A stretch of DNA of 32,000 nucleotides from Promethearchaeia archaeon (GCA_046497275.1 JAWOFX010000061.1:1-32000), one strand, 5' to 3'. Shown: positions 8,828-18,592, counted from the stretch's first letter. Translations and numbers: made by a program. The notes: generated from the sequence alone by a model not told the origin.

Positions 8828-11800
8828 ATAGAAAGAAAAAGCGTCGAATTATATATTTTTTATTAATTATTGGCCTTTTTATAGGCGAATTAATTGTTTT
8901 AGGAGTAATCAATATTCCATTTATCGAATATTTTAGTGAAGATCAAGTAAAAACTTATAAAAATGATATGGCTTATTTTTCAGGAACCCATCAAAATCCT
9001 ACTAATCGTCTCTTTATCGAACCGACCATAGATATAAATTATAAGGCAGTTGGTTCGCTAAATATTTCAAGTTCCTCATTTAATGATTCAAGTTTAATAA
9101 ACCCAAGGAATAATTCTAATTTAAGAGAAGGGCAATCACAATTTTTCTTAGATTATTTATTTGATAAACAAAATCCAGATGGATCGTTTTCTGATATTGG
9201 TGGTTTAGGAGATATGTATTCGACCTTTAAAGTTGTACAGACTATTGATGCTTTAAATAATAGCTATTTGGATGATCCCGAACACCAATCCAAGATAAAT
9301 AAAATTATAGATTATGTTAATAATTCCTTAGATGACGGGGGATATGGATATAAGAACAATGATCAAGCTCCTGAAGCTGATATTGTTTCAACTTATTATG
9401 CGATAAAATTGGCAAAACGATTAAATGCGAATTCTATATTAAAAAATAATAATGACACCATCATAGAATATATAGAATCATTGGGGAATTATACAGTGGA
9501 TTTTTCAGGTACTTATCGATTTTCTAATAATAGCTATATCATTACTGCCGAAACAACATATTTTGGTATCCGATCATATTTAGAAATGAATGAAACTTAT
9601 ACAAATTTCGAGGAATTATCAATAGAAATATTTTATTATAATCTTTTTAATATTGATGGTGGATATAGTTCCGCATTACTAAGTTCTATTTCAGATATGA
9701 GTGCCACTTTTTATTCCATGTGGATTTTATATTATTTTAATAACCATAGCGTAATTCCTTCTCAAACACAAAACTATATTCAAAATTGTAGTAAATCTGA
9801 TGGTGGTTTTGGTCCAACACCATATTTGAATTCAACCTCAAATTTCAATTCAGGCTGGGCAGCAATGAAATCAATCTCTCTTTTAGAAATTAATGAGACA
9901 GATGTAACTATTAGATTCAACAGTTCTTATAAATTGAACTATTATGACTGGTTATATGGATATCAAGCTATAAATGGATTATTTGGACAAATATCACTTC
10001 AAACTAATTATCTTGGAGTATTGGCGCTTTATAATTATAATTCAGAGACCTTTAACGAGAATATTGATATGAATAAGATCTTAAATTTTGCAAATTCTTG
10101 CTATAATCCAGAAGATGGGGGATTTGGTTCTGAACCTTTTACAAACTCTTCCATATTTTCAACTTACTGTGCTGTTTTTCTGTATCAAAAATTCGAACCT
10201 TACACTTTGCAAAAACTCCCTAACACTACCGCAACCGTAAATTTTTTGGTAAGATTACAGAACCCTGATGGGGGATTCAAATTAGGAGAAGACCTTAATG
10301 TTATCTTATCATATTTCGGTCCAGCATATGAATTATTCCTCGATTTTATCAATACAAATATTTCCACAACAGAGAGTACATATTGGGCTATAAAAAGTTT
10401 AGATGAATTAAATTCGCTTAATTTAATAAATCAATTTACTATTACACATTGGATATCTTCAGGGCAAAACGCAGATGGAGGATTTTCTATAATTCATGGA
10501 TTTCATTCTGATGTGATCTCTACTTATTATGGTTTGGAAATTCATAAAATACTTAATATAAAACCTTTATCTAGAATCGCGGCTATAGAATTCTTGAAAG
10601 GAGCTCAATCTGAGGATGGTAGCTTTACTATTATTCCTTTTCTTTCAATTCTTATTGAAGTCCCTTCATCATTTATAGCAACATATTTAGGTTCAATAGC
10701 TCTTTATGAATATCGTTCACAGCCAGAAAATATCAAAACTTTAACTATATGGTACAGAAATTGCATAAGTCAAAAAACAGGAGGGGTTGGAGATATTCCA
10801 AATTTTGGAGGAGATTTACGCAACACTCCTTATGGTTTAGTTATTATAGACGAAATTCGATTTGATCAAGCTTTTGATCCACAACCATGGAATAATCTCC
10901 TTATATGGTTAATGATCTCGGAAGTTTTAATTTTAGTTGCTTTTATTGTTCTCAGCCTAATTTCTTATTTAAACACAAGAGTTATCAAATTCCTTAAATC
11001 CTTAATCGGAATGGCTGAAAAATTAAATATCAATTATCTAAAAAAATTTCCTGCTGTTTATTGTGAAAATTTAAATATTTATATCGGTAAGAAATTAATA
11101 GTTGATGGAGTGTCACTTGAATTGCAGCATGGAGAAATTTTAGGTGTCTTAGGAGAAAGTGGTGCGGGAAAATCAACTTTTGTTAAAAGCTTATTAGGAA
11201 TGCGAAAATATACAGGGATTTGTGAGTTATACGGGATGGATGTTAAAAAGAATAAAAGAAAGATGAGACCCATTTATGGATATGTCCCCCAAGATCTTGG
11301 AAAAATTTATACCAACTTTACGACCCTTCAAAATTTGATTTATTTCGGAAAACAATATGGATTAACTGAAAAAGAAATTGTTAGTAGGGCAAAAAGGCTT
11401 CTAAGAAGTCTAGAAATTGAAGACAAAATGAATGAATTAGTAAAAAATTTATCCGGTGGGCAAAAGCGTAGAGTGAGTATTGCGATGGGCTTAATTCATA
11501 ATCCAATCTTTTGCATTCTTGATGAACCTACATCAGGTTTGGACCCGCTGATAAGAGAACAATTGTGGCTATCTCTTACACAAATCAATGAAAAATATAA
11601 TACTACTTTAATCGTAATTAGTCATTATCCAGAAGAATCAAGATTTTGTAATAAAGTTGTTGTGTTCGGAAGAGGTCGAGGTATGATTGATTTTGGAACA
11701 CCTGAACAGTTATTATCGCAATTACCTGGGGGTGGAAGAACGATTGAACTCTATTTTTATGATAGTCAAGAAAATGCCTTAGAGAGATTAGAAAAGATAC

Positions 11801-11994
11801 CAGGTATCGAAGAAGCACTTGAAAATAAGGCAGGGACAGATTTTGCGATTTTAACAGATCTTAATCTTAATGAAGTCAGAGTGGATTTAGAGAAAGAATT
11901 TGGGGAAAATAGTATTCTTGGCCTAAAACAATCTGATACTGTGATGGAGCAATACTTCAGATATCGAGCTATGGAGGTGCCCGAGATTGAGTAG
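8824..11994 (+). CDS. Fusion protein: N-terminal TM, extracellular prenyltransferase/squalene-oxidase-type repeats, TM, ABC ATPase; probable start ATA 8824 (track start 8968 is internal)
   Basis: The frame is open from 8818 (IDRKKKRRIIYFLLIIGLFIGELIVLGVINIPF = basic patch plus TM). About 10 QNxDG(G/S)F-type repeats, each followed by an S/T-x-(Y/F) helix. TM near 10900-10970, then intact Walker A GESGAGKST, LSGGQKRR, CILDEPTSGLDP and VISH. Confidence 0.85.
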   Translation: MDRKKKRRIIYFLLIIGLFIGELIVLGVINIPFIEYFSEDQVKTYKNDMAYFSGTHQNPTNRLFIEPTIDINYKAVGSLNISSSSFNDSSLINPRNNSNLREGQSQFFLDYLFDKQNPDGSFSDIGGLGDMYSTFKVVQTIDALNNSYLDDPEHQSKINKIIDYVNNSLDDGGYGYKNNDQAPEADIVSTYYAIKLAKRLNANSILKNNNDTIIEYIESLGNYTVDFSGTYRFSNNSYIITAETTYFGIRSYLEMNETYTNFEELSIEIFYYNLFNIDGGYSSALLSSISDMSATFYSMWILYYFNNHSVIPSQTQNYIQNCSKSDGGFGPTPYLNSTSNFNSGWAAMKSISLLEINETDVTIRFNSSYKLNYYDWLYGYQAINGLFGQISLQTNYLGVLALYNYNSETFNENIDMNKILNFANSCYNPEDGGFGSEPFTNSSIFSTYCAVFLYQKFEPYTLQKLPNTTATVNFLVRLQNPDGGFKLGEDLNVILSYFGPAYELFLDFINTNISTTESTYWAIKSLDELNSLNLINQFTITHWISSGQNADGGFSIIHGFHSDVISTYYGLEIHKILNIKPLSRIAAIEFLKGAQSEDGSFTIIPFLSILIEVPSSFIATYLGSIALYEYRSQPENIKTLTIWYRNCISQKTGGVGDIPNFGGDLRNTPYGLVIIDEIRFDQAFDPQPWNNLLIWLMISEVLILVAFIVLSLISYLNTRVIKFLKSLIGMAEKLNINYLKKFPAVYCENLNIYIGKKLIVDGVSLELQHGEILGVLGESGAGKSTFVKSLLGMRKYTGICELYGMDVKKNKRKMRPIYGYVPQDLGKIYTNFTTLQNLIYFGKQYGLTEKEIVSRAKRLLRSLEIEDKMNELVKNLSGGQKRRVSIAMGLIHNPIFCILDEPTSGLDPLIREQLWLSLTQINEKYNTTLIVISHYPEESRFCNKVVVFGRGRGMIDFGTPEQLLSQLPGGGRTIELYFYDSQENALERLEKIPGIEEALENKAGTDFAILTDLNLNEVRVDLEKEFGENSILGLKQSDTVMEQYFRYRAMEVPEIE

Positions 11995-13702
11995 AAACAA
12001 AAATCAAGAGTTGGATTTACTTCGACAGAAAATAATAGAAGCAATTCGATTTTCTGAGAAATATTGGATGATTTACAGACAAAACACATTTGGTTTAGCC
12101 ACTGTTCTGGATTTAGAGTATAAAAGAAGTTTTATTGAAGTATTGTTCTTTACAAATAAGGATGTATTAGAAAAAGGAGTACCATTATTAAAAATTAATA
12201 CTCCTATTGAAACGAATGTAGATTTTAATGAAATTCTCGTTGAGCCAGATTTTGGAGAAGATGGATTGATAAGTCCAAGAAAAGTTATCCAGAGAATTGA
12301 TAAACTAATCGAGAGAGAATTTCAGCATCATTTAGAAATATTGAATAAGGAGATGGAATTATTAGAAAATGAATTTGAAACTAACCAAGTTGATCAAATT
12401 CCCTATCACCGAAAGATAATAATTTATTTTCCAAGATTTAACATTGATTTAACTGTTAATTTTGAAAATTATCCACTCCGACCCATTTTTGGTTTCTCAA
12501 GATTCCTTGAACGTATTATAGCTTTGAAAGAATTATTAGAAATGAATATTATGAAAGAATGGGATGATCTTAATCCTCCTCATATAGTAGATGTTATTGA
12601 GAAATTAATTGAGAAGATTATATCAATTCTAAAAATTAGAGATTATTTTAAGAACTTTCAACACTTATTATTAAAAAATGTCTCCATCAGTAAAGATTTA
12701 GAAGATATCAGCTTTAAATTAACAAGAGGACAATCAATTGGAATATTATATGAAGGACTACCTGATTCAAGCAAAGAACAAATTAATATTATGAGATTAT
12801 TTTCCGCTATTGCTGGAGAAAATGATCAATTTTCTGGCACAATAAAAATATTCGGGAAATTTGTCCAACTAGCCTCAGAAGCTGAATTAGCCCCGATATT
12901 CATAATTCCTGAAGCAATTGATTCTAAAATGGCAAATATGAAGATTAAAAAAGCAGTGAAACATGAAGTTAAAATTAAAATAACAGATAAAACTAGTAAA
13001 GAAGATTTTTTACAAATTTTGGAAGATGCAGATTTAACAACTCTAATTGATGAATGGATGGTAAAAGGACCATTTTGGAAGAGTCTCTCAATTTTAAAGG
13101 ATTATAGAGATAAAAGAGCCCTCAGAATAAAAGTTCTGAAGATAACGGGCTTATATAATAAAAGGAAATTAATGGTCTCGGAATTAAAAGCTCTTGATTA
13201 TTTTCTTTTTTGCATTGCACGTGCCCTTATTCAATCGCCAGATATTATTATGTTTTCTCTCCCTAAAGGAATTTTAAATAGATTGCAGTTTGAAAAATTT
13301 AAAAAATATTTAAAAAATATTAAAAAGACATTTCATGTTGCTATTTTAATTCATGGTCCTGAAAATATTATTTCTGAATGCGATAAAATATTGACCATTA
13401 CAGAGAAAGCAGTAGAAAGTGGAACGAAAAAAGAATTGATTGATAAGATCCCTCAGTCGGGTGAATTAATATCGGTTGAATTGAATTATCCTCATGAAGA
13501 GGCAATTCAAGAATTATTTAAATTAGAATCAGCAATAGTTATTGAAGAAAGAAAGAATGAAAAATACAAGTTATTTCCTAAAGAAGATCCGGATAAATTG
13601 GTAAAAAAATTAATTCATTTATTTGGACCGGATCTATATAGCTTTAAAAGATATAGAGCGAGTTTAGGAGAGTTTGCCCAATTTTTAGAAATAACACATT
13701 AA
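11987..13702 (+). CDS. Degenerate ABC ATPase-like protein with N-terminal UEV/RWD(E2)-like region
   Basis: TTG start after GGAGGTG. The C-terminal part follows the ABC layout (LEDISFKLTRGQSIGIL..., IARALIQSPDIIMF, ILIHG) but lacks GKS/T, LSGGQ and the Walker B DE. N-terminal IDLTVNFENYPLRPIFGF...EWDDLNPPHIVDVIEKL resembles non-catalytic E2 folds. Confidence 0.7.
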   Translation: MSRNKNQELDLLRQKIIEAIRFSEKYWMIYRQNTFGLATVLDLEYKRSFIEVLFFTNKDVLEKGVPLLKINTPIETNVDFNEILVEPDFGEDGLISPRKVIQRIDKLIEREFQHHLEILNKEMELLENEFETNQVDQIPYHRKIIIYFPRFNIDLTVNFENYPLRPIFGFSRFLERIIALKELLEMNIMKEWDDLNPPHIVDVIEKLIEKIISILKIRDYFKNFQHLLLKNVSISKDLEDISFKLTRGQSIGILYEGLPDSSKEQINIMRLFSAIAGENDQFSGTIKIFGKFVQLASEAELAPIFIIPEAIDSKMANMKIKKAVKHEVKIKITDKTSKEDFLQILEDADLTTLIDEWMVKGPFWKSLSILKDYRDKRALRIKVLKITGLYNKRKLMVSELKALDYFLFCIARALIQSPDIIMFSLPKGILNRLQFEKFKKYLKNIKKTFHVAILIHGPENIISECDKILTITEKAVESGTKKELIDKIPQSGELISVELNYPHEEAIQELFKLESAIVIEERKNEKYKLFPKEDPDKLVKKLIHLFGPDLYSFKRYRASLGEFAQFLEITH

Positions 13703-13737
13703 TATAATATGTATTGTAAAATATATGGTGAAAAATA

Positions 13738-14538
13738 TTGATTAAAAGTATTTATATATTAAAAAGAAATGGACTTTTATTATATTCGAAAAATTTTATG
13801 GAAAATCCTTATGACGACAATATTTTAATAGGGTTTTTTGCATCAGTTGCAAACTTTAGTCGTGAAGCTTTAGAAAGTGTAGTTAAATTTGTAGATCTCG
13901 GTGAGGATAACAAATTAATACTCGAACCTAAAACAGAGGAGAAGATTTTCGGGGCAGCAATAGTCAGTTCAAAAGATAATAACGAATTAATTAGTAAAAT
14001 GCTTAAAGATGTCTTACAAGATTTTATTGACGAATTCTCACCCGATTATGAACTAGAAACCATAAAAAGAAGCAATATGGACGAAATTCTGAATAATAAT
14101 ATTAAACGTTATACGACTTTTTCTCTTCCAATAAGGATTACTTTGACGTGGGTTATCTTAATTCCTTTGGCGATTTTTCTAACGATTTTGAATTTATTAG
14201 CAACTCAATATTTTATCCTGTCGGGTCTTCCAGAATTTTTTACAATACAACAAATATTAAGAAGAACAATTCCACAAATTGTTTTAATTTCATTTATAGA
14301 ATTATTTATTGTATTTGGAATAGCAAATTTCATTTCCGGATATCTTTCACTAAATTTAAAAGTTGCTTCATTTAATGCATTGATATATTTCATAATAATT
14401 CTGATATCATATTTTCTTTCCATCCAACCAGTTCTTGTGTTTGTAATTATATCTTTCTTGCCATTCATAATTATAGCATCCCTGGGTGGAGCATATTCTG
14501 GTCATAGAATTGCTGTTAAAAGAAGGATCGTGAGATAA
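13738..14538 (+). CDS. Longin-like domain protein with C-terminal multi-pass membrane region
   Basis: IKSIYILKRNGLLLYSKNF...NILIGFFASVANFSREAL is the typical Asgard longin-like N-terminus, followed by about 4 TM segments. TTG start after GGTGA. Confidence 0.72.
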   Translation: MIKSIYILKRNGLLLYSKNFMENPYDDNILIGFFASVANFSREALESVVKFVDLGEDNKLILEPKTEEKIFGAAIVSSKDNNELISKMLKDVLQDFIDEFSPDYELETIKRSNMDEILNNNIKRYTTFSLPIRITLTWVILIPLAIFLTILNLLATQYFILSGLPEFFTIQQILRRTIPQIVLISFIELFIVFGIANFISGYLSLNLKVASFNALIYFIIILISYFLSIQPVLVFVIISFLPFIIIASLGGAYSGHRIAVKRRIVR

Positions 14539-14548
14539 TTCGAGGAAA

Positions 14549-15382
14549 ATGCCATCTAATTCAGTTTTCAAAATTGATCTTCATCTACATTCATATCATT
14601 CTGATTGTGGAGGTCAATCTGTACGACAAATTTTTTCTCAAGCTAATAAAATGGGATTAGATGTTATATCCTTAACGGATCATAATACTTTCTCTGGTGT
14701 GATGAAATCCTTGGAATTAGGAGAAATTTTTGGAATTAAAGTAATCCCTGGAGTAGAACTTTCTACAGGAATTAACATTTCTGATAAAAAGATAATAGAA
14801 AGGCGAGATGTTTTGGTGTATTTTCCAAATGTGGAAAGATTTAAAATATGGGCAGAAAAAGGTTTTGATCGCACTACTCAAGATATTTTTTCAAGCGCTA
14901 ATGATAGAGAACATGATAAATATCTATGGGGTAATCTTCCAATTGAGGAAGCTTTCCAATGGGCCAGAAATAATAATGGTACAACTATTTTAGCGCACCC
15001 AGGTTATTATAATGAAGAAACTCCAGAGAAATTAATGAATCTTTTTAGAAAAGGACTTAATGGATTAGAAATTTTTAATTTGAAGTATAATAATTATCAA
15101 CATTATTCTAAGAAGTCTCTAACCGAAGTAATGTATTATTTTTTAAATAAATTGAAGGAAATTGAGAAAAATATATCATTCAATAAAAAACCAATAGCTA
15201 CAATCGGAACTGATTCTCATACACCCGATTCGATAGGATATCTCAATATTAATGAGCAATTTATAATAGATTTTTTGAGCTATTATAATAATTCAAAACG
15301 AGAGGAACTCAAAAATAGTTATGATGATCTTTTTAGCGCGATGACTAAAAAAATAATAAATTTATTAGATTTTAACGGATAA
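14549..15382 (+). CDS. PHP-domain metal-dependent phosphoesterase
   Basis: IDLHLHSYHSD, SLTDHN, IPGVELS, LAHP, GLEIFN and GTDSH metal-ligand motifs. Confidence 0.9.
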   Translation: MPSNSVFKIDLHLHSYHSDCGGQSVRQIFSQANKMGLDVISLTDHNTFSGVMKSLELGEIFGIKVIPGVELSTGINISDKKIIERRDVLVYFPNVERFKIWAEKGFDRTTQDIFSSANDREHDKYLWGNLPIEEAFQWARNNNGTTILAHPGYYNEETPEKLMNLFRKGLNGLEIFNLKYNNYQHYSKKSLTEVMYYFLNKLKEIEKNISFNKKPIATIGTDSHTPDSIGYLNINEQFIIDFLSYYNNSKREELKNSYDDLFSAMTKKIINLLDFNG

Positions 15383-15445
15383 AAAAAATATTTAAATGAA
15401 AAACCAATTCAAGAAAGAGTTAATTTACTTATGAGAAAGATTAAA

Positions 15446-16744
15446 TCAATTTCCTTTTAAATGTCTAATAATGTGTTTTGAAATTTTATAGGAAGTACTA
15501 ACTGCCAAGCCTAAGCCTGTTCCATATATTATTTCAAAGTCTTCATCAAGACTCCTAATAAATGAATGAGAGGCAGCCCCACAAACGAATAAGTTAGATC
15601 TTTTTTCATTTTTTGTATAGACTATTTCAAAATATTCTGTTAGGTTATTAGGAACACTTATACCTAAATTTTGAAACGTCTTTATGAAATCTTGTTTTTC
15701 TTCAAATAATCCTGTTTGAAATAATGTACCCATTGCTAGTATTACATATTTCGATTTAATTATTTGAATTTCGTTTTTCGCGTTTCTAAAACTTAATTCC
15801 CATATTTTTTCTTCTGTGTCTTCATTTATTTTTAAATCCGATAATTGAAATCTTTTATTTATTTTTATTGAATTATTTTTTAAAATATCATCAAAGACTT
15901 CCATAAATCTTCTTGACATTAAAGAAGGAGAAAAAGCTACTAACTCATTACATTCAATATCAAGGAGATTTTTCAATTTTTCTAATATTTGAAAATTATT
16001 TTTAATTCCAAGAATTGGTGGAAATAGCAGAAATTTTACTTGTTCTTTTTGTATTTCTGGATATTGTTTCTGTAGTTCTATTATTATATGCTCTGTAAAT
16101 TTTTCTAAATCTTTTAAGTTTTTATCAAAATAATTGCCAATTCTAAAGTCACTTAAATTATCAATATTTGCACTATTTACATCAATTTTCCAATTTCTGA
16201 GGACTTGAGTAAATGATAGCGTGAGAACTTTAAAATCTGATTCATAATTTTCATTTAGAGCTTTAGCAACAAGATCCATCGCACTATTATTGAATTCGTA
16301 AAAATCAATTAAAATAATTCTAGACTCCGGAGTGAATTTGTCAAAATCTTTAAATATTGATCTCCAAATAGCTATACATGGTTTAAAATTTCCAATTAAG
16401 GTTAAAACAGGTTCATTTGAATAATGTCCGTTATCTATAAATTCATGAAATTCTGGAAATGTTGAGAAAAAGTCATTAAATGATGTTTCTATTTCTTGAT
16501 AAGTTAAAAAACAATATGGATGAGTTGGAATATCTTTCTTAAATGAGGTGAAAGCATCTAATAAATTTTTTTCTTGATAATTTAAAAAATCAAATGTACC
16601 AACCCATAACTCTGAAGCTCCATAACCTGCTGTATATATCTCTAATTTTAGATTACTTTTTGCAAGTATTCTAGCTGCATTTAAGCCCGCAAAACCATCC
16701 CCAATTATGCAAACATCAAGAATCTCGCTATTAGGACTATTCAT
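15446..16744 (-). CDS. glpB: Anaerobic glycerol-3-phosphate dehydrogenase subunit B-like
   Basis: FAD-binding DVCIIGDGFAGLNAA, LFPPILG, GTGLGLAVSTS. Translationally coupled to glpA (ATGA overlap). Confidence 0.8.
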   Translation of the reverse strand: MNSPNSEILDVCIIGDGFAGLNAARILAKSNLKLEIYTAGYGASELWVGTFDFLNYQEKNLLDAFTSFKKDIPTHPYCFLTYQEIETSFNDFFSTFPEFHEFIDNGHYSNEPVLTLIGNFKPCIAIWRSIFKDFDKFTPESRIILIDFYEFNNSAMDLVAKALNENYESDFKVLTLSFTQVLRNWKIDVNSANIDNLSDFRIGNYFDKNLKDLEKFTEHIIIELQKQYPEIQKEQVKFLLFPPILGIKNNFQILEKLKNLLDIECNELVAFSPSLMSRRFMEVFDDILKNNSIKINKRFQLSDLKINEDTEEKIWELSFRNAKNEIQIIKSKYVILAMGTLFQTGLFEEKQDFIKTFQNLGISVPNNLTEYFEIVYTKNEKRSNLFVCGAASHSFIRSLDEDFEIIYGTGLGLAVSTSYKISKHIIRHLKGN

Positions 16745-18372
16745 TTCAGGTTTCCTCCCAATAAATACACATATTTAGCTAATTTGATTTGTCTTTTCTG
16801 ATATTCATTAGCAGAAGGTTCGATCTTCCAACGCTTTTTCAGCGCAACTTTTAATTCATTCATAAGTTGTTTATGAGATTTATCTGTCCATTTAGCTTCT
16901 AAATTTGCTAGTTTATAATAACAAAATTGTCCTTGACACGGACCCATACCTTGCCTTGTCCTCCTCCGATAATCATCTAGAACTTTTACCATTAGATTTT
17001 TATTCGTCCATGATAATTCTGGCTCTGTTACATTCTCACATTCACAAATCGTCCGAGGCTTATCCAGGGCAGAATAGGAATTTAGACATGTTTCGCAAAG
17101 ATTAAGGATTTCATCATAAAAGGTACCCCATTTATATTGCATATCAAAAGCTGTTTTTTCATCTACAGATAACTCATCTTGAAAAATCTTCTTTGAAATA
17201 ATTTGCTCACCCCCTGGCAACGGTTTTTCCATTGTCTGACATTCTGCTTCAAAATCTAACTTTTCACATATCATATCAGCGGTTTTCTCTGCCATTAACC
17301 TATATGTCGTTAATTTCCCTCCAAAAATAGTTAAGAAACCAGAATATCCTTCATTTTCATAATCTATTATATCAAATTGTCTCGATGCTTCCCTTAACGG
17401 AACTCCACTTGCAATAAGAGGTCTCGCCCCCGAATAGAACCGAATAAGTCGATGATTCCTTATCGAGGGGATTAAATATTCCCCAAGATCTAAGAGATAT
17501 TCTATCTCTTTCTTATCTGGGAGTAAATTATCTAGTTTTTCCAATTCAACCAATGTTGAGGTGGTCCCCAAAATAATTGATTTGTGACTTGGTACAATAA
17601 TATCTCCATCGCCAGGTTCTCTTAAACGATTTATAAGATGCGAGACTAACCGATCTTTGATTACAAGTAAAGTTCCCATTGTGGGTGCAATTTTTAAATT
17701 CTGCTCTAACTCAAGATCCTTCTCTAAATAGGCTGCCCAAGGTCCAGTAGCATTAACTACAATTTTTCCATAAATCTCATAGTTGGAATTATTTAGTTTA
17801 TTAAAACATTTTACCCCAATAATTTCATTATTTTTAAGAATTAGATCTTTTGCTTTTGTGTATGTCCGAATTTCAGCACCATGAATTTTGGCATCGTACG
17901 CATTATATATAGTTAGTAAGAATGGATCAATATACCCATCATTTACCTTGAAAACACGCTTGACATTAGTATTACAATTTGGTTCATTTTTAATAAATTC
18001 TTTAGGTGAAATTTCCTCACAATATACTTTTGCTTCCTTACAACTTTCCTGAAAAATATCTCCATATTCAGCATCTTCCTCATCCACTGCGATGAAATAT
18101 CCTCCACATAATTCTGTGATATGGGGAGCTATTTCTACTAAGATTTTGCTTTCCTCAGTACACTCGGTTGCTGCAATCTTATCAGTATAAACATAACGTC
18201 CCCCAGAATGTAACATTGCATGACATCTTCCTGTAGTGCCTTCACTAAGATCATTTTTCTCAATTAAGCATACCTTCAACCCTCTTAGACTTAAATCTCT
18301 TGCGATCCCCGCTCCTGTGGCTCCACCTCCTATTATGATAGAATCAAAGTTAGCATCATTCATAATTTTCAT
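16741..18372 (-). CDS. glpA: Anaerobic glycerol-3-phosphate dehydrogenase subunit A
   Basis: IIGGGATGAGIARDLSLRG, GTTGRCHAMLHSGGRY, YSGARPL, GGKLTTYRLMAE, and a C-terminal BFD-like ICECE...RRRTRQGMGPCQGQFC. Confidence 0.92.
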   Translation of the reverse strand: MKIMNDANFDSIIIGGGATGAGIARDLSLRGLKVCLIEKNDLSEGTTGRCHAMLHSGGRYVYTDKIAATECTEESKILVEIAPHITELCGGYFIAVDEEDAEYGDIFQESCKEAKVYCEEISPKEFIKNEPNCNTNVKRVFKVNDGYIDPFLLTIYNAYDAKIHGAEIRTYTKAKDLILKNNEIIGVKCFNKLNNSNYEIYGKIVVNATGPWAAYLEKDLELEQNLKIAPTMGTLLVIKDRLVSHLINRLREPGDGDIIVPSHKSIILGTTSTLVELEKLDNLLPDKKEIEYLLDLGEYLIPSIRNHRLIRFYSGARPLIASGVPLREASRQFDIIDYENEGYSGFLTIFGGKLTTYRLMAEKTADMICEKLDFEAECQTMEKPLPGGEQIISKKIFQDELSVDEKTAFDMQYKWGTFYDEILNLCETCLNSYSALDKPRTICECENVTEPELSWTNKNLMVKVLDDYRRRTRQGMGPCQGQFCYYKLANLEAKWTDKSHKQLMNELKVALKKRWKIEPSANEYQKRQIKLAKYVYLLGGNLK

Positions 18373-18592
18373 TCATTTATTCTATTACACTTTCAATTTT
18401 TTAGAAAAGGAATAAATCTATTTAAATCTAAATCGAATAATATAAAAGATTTGCAATTTAAAAGTGAGATTTTTAATTTTTATAGAAGGATGAAAATCTG
18501 AGAATTCTTGATAATGAATAATTTTATATTATAAAAAGTTGATACTAATAAAATTAAAAAAAAAATTAAACTCTACTTTATGAGATATTATA

